Source of the DNA: Octopus bimaculoides | Taxonomy: Eukaryota | Assembly (NCBI RefSeq): GCF_001194135.2 | Contig: NC_068982.1 | Span: forward strand, 1,595,470-1,659,469 | DNA: 64,000 nucleotides | Direction: 5' to 3' | Shown here: positions 52,016 through 64,000 of the stretch, piece by piece | Position numbering within the stretch: position 1 is the stretch's first letter | Layout of the letters: every line of letters begins with the position of its first letter | Made by a program: the position numbers and the translations under genes | The notes under the pieces: generated by a model | What the model saw: only the letters and a program-made list of their open reading frames with translations | Told to the model about the DNA's origin: nothing | Database searches by the model: none

Positions 52016-53019
52016 ATAAATATAAATACACAAAAACACACTTATATGCGTATATATGCCTCCGTACCCACAAACTCACTGATACACGTCCCACCCATGT
52101 ACGTGTGTACACATATCTGGATGTTCGCATGTTTGTCAATGGCTTTGTTTATATTTACCGTGGTAAACTCTCATGTCGAATTTATATCCTTTTTCGTCAT
52201 TATGTATCTTAGCTATTTCATAAATTGAGAGCCATAAAATATATTACTTTTCAGATATGTGTCGTGGACATGATATGATTAACTCAAACACTCAAAATTA
52301 TCGAGAAAAGCAGATAAGATACAAAATCGAAAAGAGAAAAAAACCTAAACTGGACAAGATATTGAAGTTACGCTCCTGGATGATTATTGATATTGACTGC
52401 ATATAAATAGTGAATTACAAATGTTTACCGTATTCAAAGTTTTCATATGACGTGTAAACACAACCATAGAACCAGCGTCTATATCAACAGCACTTTACTC
52501 CGTCCACAAATATTATAAATTATGTAAACGCAGGATGTGGACTTTGAATTTGGTTCACAAAATGTACGAAAACATCACGAGTAAAAAAACTCACACCATC
52601 AGAAATATAAAAACTCGAAGAAATTGATAACTGAATAAAGGTCTACACTTGTCTCCTTATGTTCAGCAAATGATATAGAAAATCATGTCATCTTACAAAC
52701 TACAAACTTTTGGTTGCAATAATGTCGCTGCTAAAGAACAAGCATCAAAGGTGTGTGTGGGAGGGAAGTAGAAACACTCACTCACAGATTTACAAAATAC
52801 ATCCCCATTAGCTTCGGATTAGAAAAAAAAAACAGATTAAGAATATATGTGCTAGATAACAAAACACCAAATGTTAAGAGAAACAAACGACGGTATGCAC
52901 CACATAGAAAAATGAAAGAAAAGATTAAAACTGAATATTAAAAAGTCATTATATTAATATTTAAAACAGAGCTAAATGCAAAAACACGAACAATAAGCAT
53001 AAATTTGAACTTAAAACAT

Positions 53020-53160
53020 AAAGACGGATGAAATGCCGCTAAGTATTTCGCCCGGTGCGCTAACGATTCTGGCAGCTCGTCCCCCAGACAATCCAAATAT
53101 TTATTTCTTTATTGCCCACAGGGGGCTAAACATAGAGATGACAAGCAAGGACACAGCTTT
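53020..53160 (-). mobile_element. SINE family A fragments (head 53020-53085, tail 53095-53160)
   Basis: Matches the head and tail of the 5993-6224 copy. Confidence 0.8.
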
Positions 53161-53287
53161 CCTTACTCCATCCATCCACACAAACCGAGGTCTGCCTCTG
53201 ATTCTGCTGCCTACCACTTCTGCTTTCATCACCATCCTTACCATCCGCTTCTCATCCATCTTCTCTATGTGGCCAAACAGCCTCTAC

Positions 53288-53327
<40 letters not shown>

Positions 53328-53520
53328 GTTTTGGTTATTAGTTTTCCCCTCATTCCTCATCCTGTCCATCCGTGTCACACCAACCATAGCCTTCAAACAT
53401 CTCATCTCAAAAACATCTAGTCACCTCCTTTCCGCCTCTCTAAGCCCCCACATTTCTGCACCATATAACATTGTCAGCACAACCGCGCCCTCATACACAC
53501 CTCTGGGAATCCACTTCCAG
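53160..53520 (-). pseudogene. RTE-clade LINE C-terminal fragment interrupted by (CTAT)n
   Basis: Minus frames read VVLTMLYGAEMWGLREAERR*LDVFEMRCLKAMVGVTRMDRMRNE and RLFGHIEKMDEKRMVRMVMKAEVVGSRIRGRPRFVWMDGVR. Confidence 0.88.
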
Positions 53521-54086
53521 TAATTTCATATTCCTAAAACGACAACAAGAAAAATATTGAATATAGCTCGACTTATATCCGCCAAATGTGCTCAGCCAAG
53601 TGTATTTGTGAACAACATTTTTACTGATGGCTCAGTCCTAGGTAAGAGAATGTTTATAACCAGAAGGTTCCGTAGAATGAAAATATTCTGATCGCAATTG
53701 CGCTGATTGGATCCCGTAGTTGTACGGAGGAGACCAAGGTCGTCAAGGTTATGCTCTACAGGTCGTCAAGAAGCGAAAACCGCCGAAGATGCCCGAAACA
53801 GTGAGATAATAATGTCATGAAGTAACATTTCAATTAAGTAGTGAGCATGATTTCGAGGGATTGGGTACGATTGGCCTCAAAGAATGGTGGAGGGTTATGA
53901 AGAAAGAGGTAACTGTTGTGCCAATGTCTTTGATCTGCAATCCCGCAAAAGGAGATAACAGCTTTGATGAAGTTATTTCAGTATAAAATGTAATACTTAT
54001 GCAAACAAATCATACCCGATTAAGAATGTGAGCATGTTTGTACACTTACACATTCATAAACACACACACACACACACAGACACACA

Positions 54087-54173
<87 letters not shown>

Positions 54174-54901
54174 GTGTGTATATATGTGAATGTATATGTG
54201 AGCCTTTTGTGGGGTGTAGGATTCTAGGTAAGCTTGAATTTACAGACGAAGGTAACACCTTTGATTGTTATTCCGAGTTTCATTTGCCAATTATGCTGTC
54301 AAACGAAGACGGGAAGCACTGCAAATATATACATTCAGTCAATATTTGTAATCAAAGCTAAATGCGGTCAATAAAGTAGATTTTAACGGTTGCGTAAAAC
54401 AGGTATAATATCTGTCACGTTCATTTTTTCTAAAGTCATACGCAGATCACGCAGTATATTCATTTCTTCCTGAGTAAAATAATGTATATACACATATCTT
54501 CACTTTTATATGTGTAAACATATTCATATTGTGAAATTCAGAATAACGGTGACGTACATTGATTTTTCTCTGTAAAACCAGGAAGTTAGCTGCGGTTAAT
54601 GAAGTTTAAGAGTTGATTAATAACTGAATGTTTCTCACAACGTTGCTATCCTTGAGGCTATAACAAATCCATTATTTATGAAATGAACTATTTTACTAAT
54701 TGGTAGCCAGGAAGTCTTCAATTAATAACAACGGAATTGTCACCCAGAACATACAAATACTGAATACTTGTTACAAACTGAACAACAGCTTTAAAAGGAT
54801 CTGATACTACTTCATTGCAGTTCGCAGGCGAATTTATACAGAGAGAGAGACAAGGCGTTTGCTAGGATAGATCATTTTATAATTGTCAATATTATGGTCC
54901 T

Positions 54902-55080
54902 AATGCGCGAGTTGGCAGAATCGTCGGTAGGCCAAGAAAAATGCTTGGCCTCATTTCGTCGTCTTTACACTCTGAGTTCAAATTCCGCCGAGGTTGACTT
55001 TGTCTTCATCTTTACGGCATCCCTATAGTGGCTACCAGTCGAGCAGTGGGATCGATGTAATCCATTTACTTCCTCCCTTG
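54902..55080 (+). mobile_element. SINE family A, diverged copy
   Basis: gcgagttggcagaatcg...ctgagttcaaattccgccgaggttgactttg... Confidence 0.8.
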
Positions 55081-55109
55081 CAAATTGCTAGCATTTTACC
55101 AACATTTGA

Positions 55110-56040
55110 AACTATTCTCATTATTTACATCAACGGCATAGTACATGTTATCAAACATTCTACATTGAAAATCTTTGCAGATGATTCCAAACTTCAGAAA
55201 GCCATAAACGGCATGAGAGACCGAATATGCCTTCAGTCAGATCTGTCTGCTATTGTCCAATGGGCGGAAAAAAAGCAATATGCTTTTAAATGAAGATAAG
55301 TTTGATTTGATCCACTTTGGGAAGGAAGAAACTCTGAAATTACTACATGCTCTTCCCTCGGGTGACCTAGTGTCATCCAACAACACCAGAGACCTTGCAG
55401 TAATTGTTGATAACAGTCTAAGCTGGAGTTCCCACGTAAACAGCAAGGTTCACTTGGCTCGCAAGATATGCTCCTCGATTCTGAGAACTTTCCGGTCTTG
55501 AGACGCCTACATCATCATCCTTCTCTACTCTACTTTTGCCCGAACCCACCTTGAATGCTGTTGCCCACTGTTGACCCCCTCCCCCATACGAAGCAACTCA
55601 TTATGAAAGTAGAAGCACTCCAGAGGCCCATAACAAGAAAGATAGACAGCATGAGAGGCATTGACAATTGAGGTCGACTAAAAAAACTCAATCTCTACTC
55701 TCTCCAACGCCGCTACATCATTTGTGCTATGTGGAAAATATTCCATCAATATCGCGCAAATGATGTTGGCATGAATTTTAAAATCCAAGACTTGGCTCCC
55801 GTGCTATCAGTCCACTACAAAAATCGAACTCGGTACACATAGCAGCATTATGTCACAATTACTTTACCTCAACCGGTCCACCTCTCTTTTATACCATACC
55901 AAAATACGTCAAAACGTATCCCATAAAATTCAAATGTTCATGAACAAATTTCTTCAAGAAATCCTGGACCAACCTCCTACAGCCGGATATGTCTCCACCA
56001 ATAATAACTCATGGCTATATTGGGCCATGGTGTCCCATAT
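55110..56040 (+). pseudogene. CR1/L2-type LINE reverse transcriptase 3' fragment
   Basis: IIYING...STLKIFADDSKL (FADD at 55174-55185)...LQSDLSAIVQWAE...MLLNEDKF...RDLAVIVDNSLSWSSHV...ILRTFRS...THLECCCP. Multiple frameshifts. Confidence 0.9.
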
Positions 56041-56566
56041 ATGACTAACAGACTTGACCAGGTGGTGCTGTTGAGTCACACATGGTCTGATACATTTTCT
56101 GATACATTTTCTATTATGATCATTTCTCGTATTTGCCAGGCGATAATAAAGCAATATTTCCAAGCATAATTATTGTGAATTTGGTCCTTAATTTTCCTTT
56201 CTTCTCATTAAGGATATCAAAATATGGCACTTAACTGATCGTATAATTTGGTCATATGTTTTGCGGTTTGTGAATAAGCAAAAAACACACGGTTTTGAAA
56301 AATACCGTCCATAAATAAACGTTTGATCTCTAAGCATCGCTTGTTAAAACAGCTTTTATGAAAATCTTTAGCTATCATTTGATCGCTTTTGAAATTCCCA
56401 AGCGTTTAATTATTCGTATATATAGATATCGGAGAGAGGGAGAGAACAGAGAAACATTTGTTTAAGAAAAGACATTGAATAATCATGTGTTGCCAAAAAT
56501 CAACAATAAAACCATTTGATAAAATTTTATTAAAATAAATCAAGACCAGGCAAACTACAGAATTCA

Positions 56567-56624
56567 TTTGTTTGCTGACGTCATCCTACAAAACGTTTGG
56601 TTGCTGACGTCATCATACAAAACG
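56567..56624. promoter_or_regulatory. 29-bp tandem duplication, each unit containing a perfect palindromic CRE motif (TGACGTCA)
   Basis: CRE octamers at 56576-56583 and 56605-56612. Function is unproven. Confidence 0.3.
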
Positions 56625-56841
56625 TCAAGTAGTATAGAATACTTTCCTAGTATCCTTTGATCTGAAACGATTACTTTTCCAACGCTGTAACTCCTGATGC
56701 AACCGTAACCGCCCCACTTATCCCTATTGATACTTATTTCTTTAACCGCCATTTTGTTTACAATATTCATGTCTTGACTCATAATGACTATGGAAGAACA
56801 ATTTTTTAAATTTTTATAAACATTATATCGAGGAATGTATC

Positions 56842-57170
56842 ACAATATGAAGTATATTTGCCATTTAAATGTGGCTAAGCACTAAGGGTGGATGCTACTG
56901 TAGCTTGTAGCCCCAGGAGAACACCTTCTCCAGCTGGCTATTGACACACTTGTCGTGCGCTGACGAAGGGTTAATACCCAGAAACCCGGGTCCGTGCGTA
57001 CCACGTCAGGTCGACGATGGGAAGTATGGCTTTCCTTTGCAAATACTGATAGTGCACAGAAAGTGTTTCAATAGCCAGCTGAAGGAGGTGTTCTCCTAGG
57101 GCTAGAAGCTACGGTAGCATCAACCCTTAGGGGTTAGTCACATTTAAGTGGCAAATATACTTCACGTTGT
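56842..57170 (+). mobile_element. Foldback element (family H5): about 104-bp inverted arms 56848-56951 and 57061-57164 enclosing a hammerhead
   Basis: The arms have about 12 mismatches. The hammerhead starts 3 bp after the left arm. Confidence 0.82.
56954..56998 (+). ncRNA. Minimal type I hammerhead ribozyme motif, core intact
   Basis: CGTGCG CTGACGA a GGGT taat ACCC a GAA ACCCGGGT C CGTGCG. Stem III is a perfect 8-nt palindrome, the site is GUC (cleavage after 56992), and stem I is 6 bp with two G-U pairs. Confidence 0.78.
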
Positions 57171-57239
57171 CGTGCAGCTACTGTTTATACCTCGTTCAGA
57201 GATTTATTATTGTATCATAATATTTATTGTGTATTTGAG

Positions 57240-57665
57240 GGCGGCGAGCTGGCAGAAACGTTAGCACGCCGGGCGAACTGCTTAGCGGTATTTCGTCTGC
57301 CGCTACGTTCGGACTTCAAATTCCGCCGAGGTCAGCTTTGCTTTTCATCCTTTCGGGGTCGATTAAGTAAATACCGGTTACGCACTGGGGTCAATATAAT
57401 CGACTTAATCCCTTTGTCTACCCTTGTTTGATCCCTCTGTATAACCTCTTGCGGGCAGTAAAGAAATAAGAAACATTAGCACGCCGGGCGAAATGCTTAG
57501 CGGTATTTTGTCTGCCTTTACGCTCTGAGTTCAAATTCCACCGAGGTCAGCTTTGCCTTTCATCCTTTCGGGGTCGATAAATTAAGTACCAGTTGCGTAC
57601 TGGGGCCGATCTAATCGACTACGCCCCACCCGCAAAATTTCGGGCCTCGTTCCTAGAGTAGGAAA
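57240..57665 (+). mobile_element. SINE family A tandem dimer (full copy 57240-57470 plus 5'-truncated copy 57470-57665)
   Basis: Two successive ttagcacgccgggcgaa...ttcaaattcc.ccgaggtcagcttt units. Confidence 0.9.
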
Positions 57666-58269
57666 AGAATATTAATTATGTATTTGGATAGTAATTCACA
57701 ATTTGCAGGAGATCTTGCTACGATATCCTGCAGATGGAGTGTTTGATATCTGTCTGCCTCTCAGCGCAACCTACACTGTTCGAAACGCAAACAAACAGAA
57801 ACGCCTCAACTTGAGTACAGAATCCGAATTACACCCAACTTGCGAAGAGAATACATCTTTTGAACATGAATAGAGGTGTAATCAAATAATTATTTTGTTT
57901 CTTTTCTCACTTTTCATAGTGTTGCTAAAATGATTTGTTGTTTCCGAATTGATATCTATTTATAAACGGAGTAGAATATGATGTTAGCATGTGTGAAAAC
58001 TTATCGTAAAGTAATGGAAAAGTGCTAAATTTGTTATCGTGTCTTTAGGATTGTTTGTTCAGGTAACTTAACCACCAACCATAATGTGACGCTCTTTTCT
58101 AAATATTTATGGAAGAATTCATTGAAGAGGCGTCCGTTCTACACTACCAGAAACTACTGGATTTATGTTGAAATATTTTCGCAAAACAATTTAAGTTGTG
58201 GATTTTCTTACTGTAGTATCTAGAATTTAATTTGCATGAGAGTCTGTTTTGCACATAATGCATAAACGG

Positions 58270-58475
58270 TTTCAAATTTTGGCACAAGGTCGGCAATTTC
58301 GGGTGGAGGGTTCAGCGAATTACATTCATCCCAGCGTTCAACTGGTTCTTATATTTAACGACACCGAAAATGAAATACAAAATCGACCTCGGCGGAATTT
58401 TGTCTCAGAACGTAATGAAGACGAAATGTCGCGAATATTTTCCCCGGCGTGCTAACAATTCTGCGAATGAACTGC
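58270..58475 (-). mobile_element. SINE family A, diverged
   Basis: Reverse-complement match to the family A head, core and tail (…ggccttgtgccaaaatttgaaacc). Confidence 0.82.
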
Positions 58476-58507
58476 TTTTCATAATGTAATATGAAAAACG
58501 AACTTAA

Positions 58508-58926
58508 GGCGGCGAGATGGCAGAATTATTAACACGCCGGACAAAACGCTTAGCGGTATTCCGTCCGTCTTTAAGTTCTGAAGTCGAATGCCACTGGGGT
58601 TGACTTTGCCATTCATTCTTTCGAGGTTGATAAAATAAGTACCACTTGAGTAATGAGAGTCAATGTGCTGGTCTTGTGTCAAAATTTGAAACCAATATTA
58701 AACGATAACTTAAGGTGGTAAACAGTCAGAATCTTTAGCAAACCGGACAAAATGCTTAGCAGCATTTCGTCCGTCTTAACATTTTGAGTTCAAATTTCTA
58801 CCGAGGTCGACTTAGCTTTTCACTCTTTCGGGGTCGATAATATACGTATTAGTTGTACACTGGGGCTGATGTAATTGACTCATCCCCTCCCTTAAAATCG
58901 CTGGCCTTGTGCCAAAATTTGAAATC
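58508..58926 (+). mobile_element. Two SINE family A copies in tandem (58508-58695, 58713-58926)
   Basis: Both have the head, B-box, central block and tail gccttgtgccaaaatttgaaa. Confidence 0.85.
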
Positions 58927-61900
58927 TATTTTGAAAGTGGACCACGAGTTGAACATAAGTTAATTACTAACTTATTAAAATTATTTAATTATTTAATTAT
59001 TACAAGGAACTTAGAGCGAAGTATCTTAATGTGATTACCTAAAATTTCCTCCTGTTTCCAGACGCTTGAAATACATGAGTGGAATTTACAAAATCTTTAT
59101 GCCATTTGATAGCAACACATACCTTGTGTGGAATCAATGCTTGAAGTTTCTATTTGATTGTGAACCCATTTGTTTTCTTATTCGCACGTCACATGGGCTG
59201 TGTTAACTGCCAGTGCATTTTCTTCCTAGTAACGATATAGCTTCCAACTCGCAATAACCGAAACATTCTGAGGTGAAATAAGCTATATATTTCTAATGAT
59301 AGGAGGATGTGCGTTTGGGCAGGTATTCTTTCTTTGAAGTGTCTCATAAAACGTACATTATTAATACATACAATTTCAACGTGGCTTAAATAAAAAAAAA
59401 AGAATCATATAAACAAGTTTTCTAGTAAAGGTTTTTTTTTTCTTTTATATTTAAAATGCGATGCCTTTATTTCATTCCTATCTCTTTGCATCGGAGACGA
59501 CAATTTATTTCCGCACTGCTCATCTCTAATAGGAATATTTGCAGAGATATTTTACATTATTTTAGAATGTACTCTCGCAGTAGGATACCTATTTTCATTA
59601 AATTTGCTTGTAATGTCTTCAAATCGCTTCTTCTGTTTGATTTCACGTCAGATCGCTTGCATCCCTACGGCTAATCTTTCTCGGTCGACTGCTTCCTTTC
59701 CCAATATTCAGATTGTCTGATGAACATTTCTTCCAAATGAACCAGATTGTAAATCTTGATATAAATAACTATTTTGCATCATCACATCTTTTATATAGTT
59801 GTTTAAATTATAAAATCAATTATTTATATCACTTAATATCCACAAATGTTGAATTTATAGTAGAATTGGTGACCTGCCAGATATCATATGAGGTATTTAA
59901 TAACGTCATACCATATTCTAAGTTCAAACCTAATCGAAGTCGAATTTGCATTTTTAAATTACTAAAACATAAACGCAATGGAGGGCAGGTGATATGGCCT
60001 GCTTGACAGTGGTTCAATGGACCAAAGTATTATATTCTAATATTAAGTTACAGCTAAAATACTGACTTATATTCAAGGTTCAGTTTAATTAAATCATAAA
60101 TTTTTGGACGAAATTCATTGCATTACTAGTTATTAGCATTGCTCAGTGACAGACTAATGCTGTGGGTCGCTACAGGTCGAGTCACCCCAACCCCTCAGTC
60201 CATTTGGTGGACACCAGTTACATGACAACAGAAATTCGTTCAATTATTAGTGTTTTAACAGTAAGAGCAAATGTATTGAAATACTGGTTGCATGTTTTTG
60301 TAAATATTTTTTTTTGGTATCTGGCATTAACATTTTCATCATATTGATTTCAATGTATGTTTTGATTGTGAGACGTAAAAAAGTACAGAATCAAACGGAT
60401 ACATGAATATTGATTTGTATTTCATATATTCATCAACTAAATGCAAGAATTCATTTCTAGAACAAATTTTATTGGAAAATCTCTCAGCATGGCTATACCT
60501 CTCGAACTGAAACCAGTATAAGATAAAAGATATTGATGATGGGTACAAAACATCTCCACATTTATTAGAGATCATAATCATGAATTTATGTTCGCCACAA
60601 TCCTAATCTTTTAAAGGGAAGTTTTGTCTAAACTCTTATACGATACTGAAAGTCAAACTTAACTTCAAGAGGATTTACCATCAGAATACAGTAATCCTAG
60701 TGTGTATGATATTTACAGCAGTGTTCTGTTTAGGGAGCCTCCTAATTTTTAATGATAAATTATGATCAGATGAACCACTTTTGAATTGTTGATTCTATCT
60801 TCTCATCTAGGATATTCACCTATTAAAACGTCATCCAAGTTATCTTGATAAAAAATAATCTAACACGTTTACTGTTGTGTAAATATTAGACCAATATTCT
60901 GTTTCTGCAGTTCGTGACTTTTTTCAGTGCATAAACGTAAAAGAGTTTGTATATCAATGCTGTAGAGCATCAGACAAGAATAAATCATAAATTCACATAT
61001 AATTGAAAGAACAACATTTTGTTTTTTACACTGTAAATGGCGGCAACAGTATAAGATGGAGAATGCTTTGCTAGTTCAGTTTCAATATTCAATAGAAAAC
61101 ATATTGCACTTTGATTCTTAGGTCTTCCGACCTGAAATAGAAGTTCATGTGTTTCTAATATTGTTTTTATATAAAATTTTACATTTTACACTTTGTATGT
61201 TCCTATATTTAAATTATTATAAGGCACGCTAGTGGTGAAAGTTTGTGAAGATTTTGATAATAATGAAAGTTTGTTGTGGTATATGGTTTTATTTTCTGTC
61301 TACCAAATCTAACGAACTTTCTTTTTTATGAAGCTGTAGTGCACATATCTGGAGTTAAATTCGCAAAACCTTATTAACATTATTCTTTTTATGTTCAATA
61401 TTCTATTTCCAAGATGATGAAGTATTGAAAATTCAGATCCTTGGCAACGACAAACCCGTGACACGATACTATATCTAAACTGTTTGGCTGATATTTCGCG
61501 CCTTTTTAATTCAAACAGTTAAGACGTGTAATTAAATGAACTATTTAAAGCACAAGCATAAATCTATGGCAGTTTTCTATAATAATCTCTCAACACAGCT
61601 GTGTTGCAAGTTTTCTCCCGTAGTATTAAGTAAATGAGCTGACATGTCTAATAACACAATCACACAGAGTACGATGGTACTAAACTTCACTCTATCTTGA
61701 CCTTCCGCTTCACATTGTCGATTTGCCAAGGTTTCAGTGAACAGATATCTAAAGACATGTATAATAAGATATACAACTACAAAAGTATAAAACAACCACT
61801 AATTATATCAAGATAACAAATTTCCAATATTATAGCCTCCATAATCATGGACAGCGAATAGCTGAATCCCTCAAATCCATTACGAATGTGAAATTTTCAA

Positions 61901-63819
61901 TGTTTGACAATTTTGCATGTTAATTACAAAGTCGTGAAAATACTTGTTACAATTCAATTAAGATTCAAAACTTCTAATTTGAAGCTTCTAATAATTCCGA
62001 TTAAATACGAGATACTAAAATTGATTGTAATTTTTATCTGTAACAAAATATGAGAAGTATGAAGCGTTTGGAGTGCAATGTAAGAAAACTGTCATTGTGG
62101 AAAATTGCTGATCGAAGTGATCGATATTCTGTACGTCATGCCTCCAGTGTAATCAGTCGAATTCTATCAAATTCTATCTCTATAGTGTGCACGCGCATGT
62201 ATATATAAAAAACATAGATGTTGAAAATGCACTGAGAATAGTTAAAATATTTTTTCTTAAAATATTTAAAGCTTTAACCGTTTTCACAGTTTACATTGAT
62301 TTTCAAAAAGTTCAAATAGAAAGACGTGACTTATGTCGTAGCTGTCTTGCTTCTGACTAGTGTTTGAAGTTTGCCCTATTTTATGGGGAGGGAGTTTATG
62401 GCTCAAATTAGTATGTTTAGAATAGTATTTGATTGGTAGAGGATAGTCACATGACTGGTCTTAGAAATTTTTGTAGGTTCCCCGCTACGTCCATGCGTTA
62501 GTATCAAGTAACAATGTTTAGTGTCAAGTAACAATGAAGCGTACTTGACTGAGCGTTGGCGTGTAATATTTCCTAAAATTTTCTTGCCCTGTAAGCGATT
62601 TGTGACACTTTTTTTGTCTTCCACAGTCGTGTTTTATTCGTAGACAAAATGCCATGGGTGAAATGTGTTATGATATTCAAACTCAAGATATTTCGTTTTC
62701 GTTATCTCCTATCACTCAGCAGTTGATAATCTTAATGCTTTGGTAACAGTCTCTGTCACCTTAGATAAGGCTAATGTTTTAAATTTCACGAGCATTCTTT
62801 TAGTAGAAATTACTATATCTAACCAAAACTATGAAGCTGACATACATAGACCAGAATGTACCTTGCTGTGTTATGTGCATTCTTGAACCAGTTTGATAAA
62901 ACGTCAAACAACGCAACTATTAAAGATGAAAATAACTGAGAGTAAATCTGTGTTGCCTAGAATATTCATCATGTAAAAGCTAAAAATATGTATTACATCC
63001 TATCCTGATTTTTTCTCGTGCTATGCATGTGCTGACAGGATTTATCTCCCAGTTATCCTATATAGATTTATTGAATATAAAATGTTGAAGTTTATTTGGT
63101 TTAAACAACAATAGTGCACGTTTTGGACCTATTTTACCCATTCCTGGGAGTTAAATGACTGGGAAGCATTTGAACACAAAACAGGAAAAGGACAAAAGTA
63201 ATTACTGAAGAGTAATTAGTCCATCACACGACGATTTCTGCACTCGAATGCGTCCTTCACTCTCAAACGTAAAATTATGATCATTAAAATTTCTAACGGA
63301 AAATCTTCAATGGTTTTGTTTTAAAATAACTCGTCTATATTTAATTTTAAATAGCTAACACATCAATATCCATATTTCTAGTGACGTACACATACACAAA
63401 TACACACATATTTTTGATGGCGGAAAGACTAAGAGTGTATGAGTTTCTAATTAGTCTCAAACAGTCGTTAGAATACATTGCCAACTTTATATTTTTAATT
63501 TTTGTAATTGCCTTTGTGTTGTTTTTTTAATCAAACGCACATCATCTCACCTCTCGATTCCCTGCTAGATTTCGTCCAATAAAAACAAAAGATACATTTT
63601 AATTAATAAGCTGCAAGTCATACCATATCACACACCTCAATGTACAAATAACGGTTCATGGAGAAATATTTCTATACAATTATCCCCAACATGTTAAATC
63701 CAATTTAGAAGATATACGCCATTAAATAATTATTTTTCACAAATATTTCCTGTCAGGCTGACTGTACAATTATATATGGGAAATTCTGTTGGCGGCACAT
63801 ATACTAAATGCACGTCATT

Positions 63820-63846
63820 GATTCACACAATACACACACACACACA

Positions 63847-63885
<39 letters not shown>

Positions 63886-64000
63886 ACACACACATGGATA
63901 AACATACATATGTATATATATATATATGTATACGCATGACTATGTATATGAACGTATGTACATGTATATACATGTATGTATGTATATATATATATATATA
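63820..64000. repeat. (CA)n followed by a (TA/TATG)n microsatellite
   Basis: Direct inspection. Confidence 0.95.

Noticed and set aside
53530-54000. IFTDGS (RNase H-like) on the plus strand and a CCGAAGA...GAAAC near 53785
   Set aside because: These are isolated motifs with no supporting domain residues in frame, and the hammerhead-like string has no stem II.
59705-59750. CTGATGA followed by a 5-bp hairpin and GAACC
   Set aside because: The flanks are a direct repeat (agattgt), not complementary, so there is no stem I. Likely chance.
62610-62750. Splice-acceptor-like tttttttgtcttccacag followed by ATGs
   Set aside because: The downstream frames are short and unrecognisable, with no donor or expression support.
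1-64000. CRISPR arrays, operons or other prokaryotic systems
   Set aside because: There is no repeat-spacer periodicity, and the sequence has animal SINE, LINE and microsatellite character throughout.

Overview
This is an AT-rich eukaryotic, repeat-dense window with about 13 N-gaps, most of them at microsatellites. The SINE families resemble those I recall from octopus genomes, so Octopus sp. (short-read assembly) is inferred, not proven. I found no supportable host protein-coding exon, rRNA, tRNA gene or CRISPR array, and the long ORFs in the track are N-gap or microsatellite artefacts. Recognisable content is decayed mobile DNA: a mariner 5' end, two Tc1/mariner DDD fragments, a boundary-complete CMC/Chapaev3-like element with TTA TSD, a hAT MITE, three RTE LINE 3' fragments, a CR1-type RT fragment, a Penelope-like (PLE) GIY-YIG relic and three tRNA-derived SINE families. 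The most notable signal is nine minimal type I hammerhead-ribozyme-like motifs in about six unrelated short repeat families. Three have intact catalytic cores (4077-4121, 7994-8052, 56954-56998) and most have palindromic stem III. Several sit inside or beside 40-155 bp inverted-repeat (foldback) arms. This points to a non-autonomous PLE/retrozyme-like population that could also give long dsRNA. All structures were derived by eye and need computational and biochemical confirmation.
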